NCBI GenBank assembly: GCA_963751115.1
Contig: CAVVTN010000002.1
Location: 58,197-122,196 of the forward strand
Length of the DNA stretch: 64,000 nucleotides
Origin: an uncultured Candidatus Altimarinota bacterium
GTDB taxonomy: Bacteria; Patescibacteriota; Gracilibacteria; BD1-5; UBA2023
Reading direction: 5' to 3'
Position 1 is the stretch's first letter; every line of letters begins with the position of its first letter. The position numbers and the translations under genes are program-made. Below, piece after piece: positions 55,311 through 64,000 of the stretch. Under the pieces are notes generated by a model. It saw only the letters and a program-made list of their open reading frames with translations. It was not told the DNA's origin and searched no databases.

Positions 55311-56870
55311 TTATTGTATCTGACTTGCTAATATTTTAGAAATCTCTGCACGTGTAATATTATCTTTTGGTCGAAAAATAAGTTTGTTATCAACTACTTG
55401 CCCGGAGATAATTTTTTGATCTTTCGCTGCTTCGATATATTTTACGAATCATGAATCGGGCGTTACATCGGAAAATGATGTAGTGGTGAATTTGCTCGTA
55501 TCAAGTTTCAATGATAGAGCAAGTATCTTCATCGCTTCCTCACGAGTAATCGTATCGTTTGGTCGGAATGTCTGAAGTGTAACATTGATGAGATTATTCT
55601 TCACTGCATATGCAATATAAGGTGCATACCAAGATGATTCGGACACATCTGAAAATGGTGTAGTCTTAGAAATATTAGTTATATCACCACCGATCGTTCC
55701 TATTATCATTTTCAAAAATTCTGCTCTGGTAGTATTATTATTTGGATTAAATTTTTCACTATTATTAACCACTCATTTAAGTGACAATTTGACGATATAA
55801 TCGTATGCCCAGTTATTTTGGATATCAATAAATAGTAACTCGGAAGTTGTTTTTGGAAGATTCGATGTTGTTTTCTTTTTTGGAATATTCTTATGTATTA
55901 TCTTTTCTGGTATCGTATTATCATTCACAACATTTTCTCATGAAGTAACCACAGAGACTCCTGATCATGTACATTTCCCATCGGTATTGGATCCAGAATT
56001 ATCACCATTTGGACAGGAATCTGCAAGAGTAATCATTCATCCACCTCAACCACCACCTCATCCTCAGGATGATATTGGAGTAACTTTTGTTGTAACAGTA
56101 TAAGTATCAGAAAATCCACATCCACCACCTCATCCTCAAGCTCCTCCTCCTCCTCATCATCCTCACCCACCACTACCAGTAACTAATGAGGGACATGTAT
56201 AAGTAACTAATAGGACTGCATTTACTGCAGTCAAATATATAGCAGATGAAGTAACTTTTACTTTCACGGTATCTCCACTATTAATACTCCCTCCCGAAGC
56301 GGTGTACATTCCGCCATTAATCGCATATTGCCCACCAGAAATATTTATCATTGCTGGCACATTCATTCCTGTAATTGTGACAGTATTGGATTCATAAATA
56401 TTTGAAAGTTCCGCATTTGATATATCTACGAAAGTAAATGTATTTGGAACGGTATGAGTCACGATACTTATATCGTAGCGACAAACCGCCGAGATAAATA
56501 TAATTGCCGATTTAACGGGACAATTTGCTCATCGATTCGTGTCATCAATATTATCTACACCGATATTAAAAGTATTCCCTAGATATACCACTTGCATGCT
56601 CAGATTTCCTGTAAATGACTGGAGTGTCGGAGTGATTTCTGTAGCGCCGACTCCACCAAACTGACCATCTTTCGTTGTGGTATATTGCAGAAGTACTGTA
56701 TTGTTCGAATCTAGAAATTTCACTACTGCTCAAGCAGGGATATTTGTTTGTCCATCTTTCAATGTTCCCCAGATAGACATAGGAAAGGAAGGAAATCCAG
56801 AAGCGGCAAAAGCATTCTGTATCTGCAGCAAAGAGATGAAGATACAGAGAAGGAGAATATATTTTCTCAT
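55311..56870 (-). CDS. Secreted cell-surface protein with C-terminal SLH domains and poly-Gly linkers
   Basis: ATG at 56870 (MRKYILLLCIFISLLQIQNAFA). Track ORFs 56529..56723, 56163..56462 and 55449..55772 share one frame. The SLH repeats read FSDV..WYAPYIAYAV..FRPNDTITREEA. TAA at 55311-55313. Confidence 0.75.
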
Positions 56871-56906
56871 AAAATGTGGAAGTTAGTAAGGATTATAAGG
56901 AGGTAA

Positions 56907-59282
56907 TTATTTAACAGAAGTGAGTGGGAATGTTTCAATATTCAGAGGATAATTTGCAGCGTCCAGAGTACCAGTAGTAAGGCTCGTAAGACTCACCGAC
57001 CATGCCTCGTTCGTAGAAGGATTAAGTGTAAGACCTTGGACTTTTACTACATAAGTAGCGGAAGTACCAGCACTTACGATACCAAATGAGTTGAATGAAA
57101 CAACGACATCAGCGCCATTATTGGTGAGACCAGTAACCTGACCAACGAGTTGATTCGTATTCTTCGTATAAACGCCAAGTGTAGCATTAGCATATCAACC
57201 AGTGCCATATGCACCGATCATAGTTTTGAAGCTCGCCCCAGAAAGAGTTACTTGATTTTGACCAAAGGCATACACAGTAAACTCCATTGCATTTGTAGGT
57301 AATGCTTTAGCTATAGGAGTAGTTTGAATAACTTTCAATGTATTGGTAGCGATATCATGAGAAGCACCAAGAACATCCGATCCAGTCATAACACCAACTG
57401 TATTACTAGTTATTCCAACAATATCAGAACCAGCAACAGCAACATTAGCAACAACTCCATTTACATTAGTAGTAGCATTAACATCAGCAAGTACATAAAA
57501 TATCAGCGATTGATTGATACCTACCGTTGTTCCATAAGCAAAATTTAGGTTGGAAAATGTTGCACCTGTTGCAGAAACTATGGAAGCATATGAAATAACT
57601 GTGCCAGCAGAATCTGCGAGACTGATATTTGAAAGAGCATCAAGGTTTGCACCAGTAAGAACGATATCTTTTAGTTTTATTGCATCATTAGATGCGGTAA
57701 CTCTAAAAGAAGTAATTTTCTGATTCGCAGAACCAGCTAAAAGAAGAGATTTATTTACTACATCACCTCCACTAGCTGGAGCAAGAGCACCAACTGCAGA
57801 AGCGATATTGAATGTAGCTCCAGTAAGAGAAGTTGAAGTAGTTGAAGCAATATAAGCAGAAGTAAGACTATCAACTGCAGTATATATAATAGATGCAACA
57901 TTGAAGCTACCAGAAGTAGTAACATTAGAGAAGTCAGCCTTAATCATGATATCTACAGCCTGAGTTGTAGAAACAATGGAGTTAAATCCAGTAAAGTTTG
58001 CAGTCTCAGCAATAAGTGATTTAGTACTTACCGCAACACCATTTACATAAAGCGTAAGAGAAGTGTTTCCTCCAGTGTATGAAAGAGCATTTCCTGCAGT
58101 AGTAGCAGAAAAATTACTAAGAGCAATAGGATTTCCTTGTGTAGAAGAGAATCGAGCTGCATATACAGTAACACCCTTAGCACCAGCAGCAAGAGGAGTA
58201 GTTCCAAGACCATCAGTACGAGTTACATTAAGAATAGTAGGAAGAGCAGGAACCATTGTAAATAGTTGACCAGCTGGTTTTTGCATCGCCGTTGCAGATC
58301 AGAGATTATTCAGAGTTACCTGAATGGTACCAGTACTAAATGTACTATTAAAATCAGCAACAAGTTGAATGTTTATTCCATCAGGAATGTTAACTACAGG
58401 ACTATTAGGTGGTTGAGGTTGTGGTACTAATATATTGAGTCCAGTAAAATCAAGAGTAGATCCAGTAATGGTTTTTGTTGCTACAGCAATACCACTCACA
58501 TAAAGTGTAACAGATACATTCCCTTGATATGATCCAGTGGCAGCAATATTAAAAGACATATCTGAGATGCTTACAGGATTACTTCCAGTTGAAGAAAGAC
58601 CCATCTGATAGAGAAATTGATTAGAGGATCATTCTACTATATTGGTATCTATACTGTAAATACCCTGAGATATATTTACACTCCCCGTCGTAGTATACAC
58701 TTGATCTTGGCTTCCTCCATATATTCCACTCGATTGAGAAAACACCGCATAGGCTTCTCCGAGTTCTGGTTGTGCAATATTTGCATTTCCCGTAGTGGTA
58801 CTAAAGCTGGAATTTATCCCATTCGTCAGATTTACACCACCCGTCGTTCGAGTGAAATCCACTGACATACTCGCATTTGAACCAATACCTCCAAAAGGAG
58901 TAATATCCGTACTAATACCGACGAAATTCCAACCAGCAGAAAGAGTTTTCTGAAAAAGCATATCTGACGGTGCAAGATTGGTCGCATAATCTAGATTTAC
59001 CTGTACACTTCCTGTATTGGTATTATTTATTACGAATCATTCTAGTGGTCGAATATTTGCGATATTTGCCTGAACAGATGTCCATGTATTATTTCCAAGT
59101 GAGTAGAAAAAAAGTCCTGCACCACTTCCATTGGAGAATGAGAGAGCCGAAAGAACTTTTGGTGTGGAAAAAGTATTCCACCCTGGTTGAAGGGTAATAA
59201 TCTTGCTTGCAGCAAAAGTAGTAGATACTGATAAAAATATCATCGCAACAAAAAAAGCTACGATATAAAAAAATTTCTTCAT
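56907..59282 (-). CDS. Large secreted Thr/Ser/Asn/Gly-rich surface protein (about 791 aa)
   Basis: ATG at 59282 (MKKFFYIVAFFVAMIFLSVSTTFA). Track ORFs 59037..59357, 58629..58961, 58299..58604 and 57195..58286 are all in one frame, joined by TGA. TAA at 56907-56909. Confidence 0.65.
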
Positions 59283-59312
59283 AGGAAAGAAAAAATAAGA
59301 AGATAAAAAAAA

Positions 59313-59353
59313 CGATACATTTCTGACGAAAGTGTATCGTTTTTTTTTTTTTT
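59313..59353. terminator. Hairpin plus T-run terminator
   Basis: Hairpin cgatacatttc-tgac-gaaagtgtatcg, followed by about 14 T and preceded by an A-run. Confidence 0.6.
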
Positions 59354-59384
59354 GCAAATAGAAAGTCTTGACGGCGAAGCGTTT

Positions 59385-62310
59385 TTACTTCACAATTCCC
59401 AATCTTGCCTCAATTTCCATATCAACATATTCTTTCTTACGTCCGTACATCTTGCGAGAATACTCTTTGATGACCTTCGCAACTTCTGGATTTTTATAGT
59501 GATTATCCCAAATGGTTTTCATATCGAATGGACGAGTCGTCGCATTGTCGATATTGAGTTTACAATAGGTCGTAAAGTTGGCGATTCCGATAATATCCTG
59601 TTGGGAAAGGAGTGGAGCATATTCTTTTTCGAGGTATTCTGCATCTTCCGCACCGACTTTAAAGGACATAATCGTTCCGGCATTCCCGAATACTGCATCT
59701 TTGATGGAAGGTTTTCCATCTTTGGACTTGGATCCTCCAATCTGTGCGATATATTGGTGGGCCATAATAAGTGCCAGATGGTATTTACGAGCTTCAGACA
59801 AGATTTCCCCAAATGTATCAGTGGCGAAGTTCTGAAATTCGTCGACATAGAGAAAGAAATCCTTTCGTTCATCTTCGGGGGTATCCGCACGACTCATCGC
59901 CGCCATATTGATCTTGGAGACAAATATGAGACCGAGAAGCTGTGCATTGAGATCCCCAATCATACCCTTGGAAAGATTGACCATAAGAACTTTTTGATCG
60001 TCCATAACACGACGAAGATTGAAGGCAGATTTTGGCTGACCGATGATATTACGAATCGTTGTATTGGTGATAAATGGACCAAATTTCGAACTGAAATATG
60101 GAATCATTTCTTGTTTCTCACGATCTCCCGTATTGGCATATTCATGTTCCCAAAAAGCTTTTACAACGGGATTTTGCACTTTAGAAGTCTTGTATTTCAT
60201 AAATGCATCATCGACGAAAAGTCGTGGTACATCGATGAGCGTTCCTCCTTCGTCTTCGTCATCCATCAGTGTCAAACAACCATTTCGGAAATAGTGCTGA
60301 ATACGTGGACCAAATATTTCTTCGTTAAATATCTTGATAAATATAGAAGTCGCATCGAGTGCGGCACGATCTTTTTCAATCGCTCGAAGAGCTGGATCAG
60401 TGGCGATAATCTCCAGCATATTGAGTCCCATTGGACGCTCATGATCCGCAGGATTAAATACGATAACATCCTTCGCTCGTTCCTTTGGAGTAAAGGCGAT
60501 AACATCCTCCACGAGATCTCCATGTGGGTCGATAATACACAGTCCGTCTCCATTCCAGAGATCTTGACGTGCCATATATCCGACGAATACAGATTTTCCT
60601 CATCCTGATTTTCCGATGATATAATGATGTCGACCTCGGTCTTTTCGTGTGAAATAAATAGGACTTTTAATATTTCGATATTCATTCCATCCCATGAGAA
60701 CCCCATCGGTAAATACGGGAAATCCTGCAATTTTACGTTGTTGTAGTTCTTGTTTTGGAGTTTTTCCTGTATCCACTGGCTTTCCTTTGTTATCTCCTTC
60801 TGTTTGTATAAGAACAGCTTCACCCGTAATAGTGACGAAATTACGATCCTACATCACGAATGAGATTCCAATTATCATCCACTTTTAGATAACTTCCATC
60901 TTCTGTTAAGACATTTCCGTGTTTATCACGAATATAGTCCATGAGCATGGTTGGGATTTTTGGTGTTCGAAGATTATTTGGTGGCGTCAGCATCTTATAT
61001 TCTAGCCATTTAATAATCGGCGATTTGTTATAGTTGATATCGGGAAAATGATACAGGGTCGAAAGTTCATCGGTTGAAAACATACTCTTGGTCTGCAAAA
61101 GTCCAACAAGACGAAGTTTAAAGGCCAAGTATCGAATCGGCGTAAAGAAGAATGCAAACATATTCTCAAGAATCTGTGGATTATCGAGCTTATTATTGTA
61201 TTCATCCGTAAAAATATTCATGGAAGAAATAAGATTGTACAATCCTGATTCTGCACTCTGTGGAGTATCTGAAGCAACGAGTATACGGATAGATGCTTGA
61301 AATCCTGGCTGTCCTGCGGATTCTCCAACCATCTTCTGAGCTTCCTGTTCAGCTTGGTTGAAAATTTTGTACGAATCTCCAGAAGAGGCTCCAGGAGCTC
61401 CGGAATCTCCACCCGTTGGTTCATTGTTAATGAGACGCTGGGCAATCCAATAAAGTGGAGAAAGAACAGACTGAATAATAGTCATGAATAATCCTCCTTT
61501 TGCTCCTTTTTTGTATGATCCCTTTGCTACCTCACTCGCTGCTTTTTTTGCCTTACGATTCCAGGAAGAACCGACTGGTTTGATAATCATCTGAAATACG
61601 GCATGATCTGTTTTTTTCAAATTACCGATATTATTCGTCAAACTCGACAGTGGATCATCTTCGAAATATTTGTAGGTTTTAATCGGATAGATATCGTCAT
61701 TCGCCTTACTAATAGAAGCGGCACGCAAAGTGTATCCTGACTGGCTTAATATCTCCGTATTCTTCCTTGGAAATGATTTTCACTTCTGCATCGGGATAGT
61801 TCGAAGTAATTTGCTGGGAAATAAGTGTCACATATTCACCGTAGGTCACCGCATAAAAAGACACTTGTCCTTTGTCATAAACAAGTTCGAGGGATATTTT
61901 CGCATGATCAAATATCAAATCAAGGAAAGTTTCCATAAGTGTTGCCTCGGAAATCTTATGAATACCTTTATAAAAGATAGACATAATTCCCGTTTTTTCT
62001 TTGAAATCTTTCTTGGTTTCTTTTTCCTTGTCGAGCTTAGAATCGGCACGAGGAAGAGTAACGCGCATAAATACCAACTTTCGAGCTGCATATATTTCAT
62101 ATACCAAACGGATAAGTTTGAGGAAAAGGAAAAAATGCAAGAAATGCTAAGAAGAAAATATCCTATCCCAGAAAAAAAAGTTCCATACCAAGTCGGAGCA
62201 TTTGCTGCACTATTTGCAACCGCTGCGGAAGTTTGCGTCGGAACCGAACCAATAGAAACACCATTAATCTTCGCGAGTACAGTTGGAATAAGAGAAAAGT
62301 CGAGATTCAT
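59385..62310 (-). CDS. Type IV secretion coupling-protein-like ATPase (VirD4/TraG/TraD family) with a membrane N-terminus; about three frame changes (about 62125-62140, 61715-61745, 60835-60850)
   Basis: Track ORFs 61915..62310, 61709..62140, 60841..61728 and 59385..60575 form one colinear protein. Walker A is IIGKSG-G(TGA at 60600-60602)-GKS. Other motifs are DPHGDL and YVDEFQNF. Confidence 0.7.
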
Positions 62311-62438
62311 AGAATGAATAAGAAAAGAAAAATACTATTACTTTTGCAGCAATAGTATCCGATTTAGGCGAAAAACGCAAACGAGAGAGTATTTTCTCGT
62401 TTACAAATCGTGAGAAATATGGGGAAATCAAAAATATA

Positions 62439-63744
62439 TTAGAACTTCACTGAAAAAATACTTCCTTTCCCTGTTTCACTTTCCACAGAAATTGTATGTC
62501 CAAGTTTTTCAACGATTGTTTTTACGAGAAAAAGTCCGAGTCCATGTCCATTTTGAACACTCCAAGAAGAATCTACACGATACAATCGATCCCATATTTT
62601 ATCGATATTTTCTTTGACAATACCAATTCCCGTATCTCGCACAGAAAATCCTTTTTTATTGAGGGTAATTTCAATTTCTCCCAGTATTAGTGTAGTTGAA
62701 AGCATTCTTAATAAGGTTTGATACAATCATCTGAAAAAGAGATCTATTCGTATTAAAGATTATATTTTTGTCTATATTTCTCATGCACGCGAAGTCCTTT
62801 TTCATGAAAAATCTTTTCTATTTCAGTAATATTATCTTCAAAAAGTTCGGAGACATTTATCTTCTCTTTTTTGATATCTTCTTTTTCGATACGTGCAATA
62901 GTCAGAAGTGTTCCGATCATAGTATCCAGAAAATAAATCTGACTTCGTATATTATCAAATCATGTCTGATAATCTCCACTCTTGAGCGCACAATCTATTT
63001 CTGAATGGATGACCATAAGAGGAGTTTTGAACTCATGTGCCGCATCTATACTAAATTGTCGCAATACTTCCGTTTGAGATTGTATTTTCTTGAAAGCCTC
63101 GGCAAGTGTTTCTGCAACGATGACAAACTCATCATCTTTCGGACCAGTGAGTGGAAATTCTGGAAGAGAAAAATCTGTTTGAAAAGAACGAATATATCGA
63201 ATAATTTTCCCAAGTGGTCTAAGAGAAGCTTTGGTAAATAAAAACGAAACGAGTGTGATAATGAGAAAAAAAACAAGACTCAATAAAAGAGAGATTTTCA
63301 GTAAAGAGCAAATTGTCCATTAACATGTTCTGTGACATCATAAGGTAATCCGACCGTTCCTATATTACGAAAAGGAAAGGTATATTGCATATACCATTTA
63401 TCTTTATCTTTATAAAATCAGAGAATATTTGGCTTGCTTGCATTCCATTTTGGTGAGATAAAAGATGCTCATTCGGTTGTTTGAATCATTCCTCCTTCTG
63501 CCATAATTCTATTATATAATGGCATCAGTGCTTCAGTGCCAGTTATCCCAGCTCCATTTTGTGTTTTCAAAATCAAAACAGTAAGTTCTTCTGTTTTATC
63601 AATGACTTCATTTCTCTCGTCGAGACGCCAGTTGTAAAAATAATATGCATTCAATATGATAACAAACACCAATAAAAGGACACTGGAAAAAAGAGTGAAT
63701 ATGATAGCAGTTCTTGTGGATGTCTTGAATCGGGAAGAGAGCAT
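62439..63744 (-). CDS. Sensor histidine kinase; about three frame changes
   Basis: A TM and sensor part (63469..63744), HAMP plus H-box DAAHEFKTPL (62960..63283), an N-box ..SNLIKNA.. and the HATPase segment DTGIGI..GHGLGL (62439..62726) lie in different frames. Confidence 0.8.
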
Positions 63745-63749
63745 AGATT

Positions 63750-64000
63750 TTATGATTTTGGAAGAGTAAAAACATATCCATATCCTTTGATAGTTTGGAT
63801 AATATCGGGGGAAAGTTTCTTGCGTATATTGGAAATATAAACATCGAGTTTATCGCTCTCAAAAAGAGATTCTCCTCACCAGATATGGTCAATAATATCG
63901 GTTCGTGAAACTGCGATTCCTTCGTGTGTAATGAGATATTCTAAAATCTGAAATTCTTTCAAAGGGATATGAATAATTTCACCACCTTTTTCCACTTCTC
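63750..64000 (-). CDS. OmpR/PhoB-type response regulator, C-terminal part (5' end outside window)
   Basis: The minus strand reads ..EVEKGGEIIHIPLKEFQILEYLITHEGIAVSRTDIIDHIW-G-GESLFESDKLDVYISNIRKKL..GYGYVF. TAA at 63750-63752. Confidence 0.8.

Noticed and set aside
59352-60608. 418-aa plus-strand ORF
   Set aside because: It lies antisense to the VirD4/TraG-like ATPase, whose minus-strand translation carries clear Walker and DEFQNF motifs. It is a shadow ORF.
10736-63300. Programmed +1 ribosomal frameshifting or quadruplet decoding as the explanation for the many frame changes
   Set aside because: The shift sites share no common slippery or stimulatory motif. Several are in short homopolymers, and some are -1. 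They cluster densely in a few genes (hemW, adk, radA). Sequencing or assembly indels explain this more simply. I kept it only as a caveat in the findings.

Overview
This window looks like a low-GC Candidate Phyla Radiation genome (Gracilibacteria/Absconditabacteria type) that reads UGA as glycine (translation table 25). In-frame TGA falls on invariant Gly positions in many conserved proteins, so the supplied standard-code ORF track fragments most genes. I re-joined the fragments by hand, treating only TAA and TAG as stops. Coordinates of features not anchored to a track ORF may be off by 1-2 nt.

Most genes are on the minus strand:
- **Housekeeping (start of window):** rplI, ruvX, uppS and smpB.
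- **AT-rich island:** four genes (C5 DNA methyltransferase, ParB-like protein, SNF2 helicase, DUF3883 protein) sit inside an envelope glycosylation locus.
- **More housekeeping:** trxB, tsaB, dprA, tilS, a PilB-like ATPase, tRNA-Thr, hemW, adk, RNase P RNA, rnhA, a murF-like ligase and ddl.
- **ATP synthase operon:** atpB-E-F-H-A-G, interrupted by two DUF805 genes and by repeat elements. atpD and atpC are not present.
- **dnaJ, a DnaQ-like exonuclease, then secY.**
- **Diversity-generating retroelement (DGR):** TR, RT, target with VR, and avd, wedged between rplO and secY.
- **Ribosomal protein cluster:** rplC through rplO, with no rpmD and no rpsJ.
- **End of window:** a RelE/ParE toxin-antitoxin pair, radA, a type IV secretion-like and surface-protein cluster, a Fic gene, and a two-component system.

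Many conserved genes carry single-nucleotide frame changes. These are most likely assembly indels, which limits how far functional conclusions can go.
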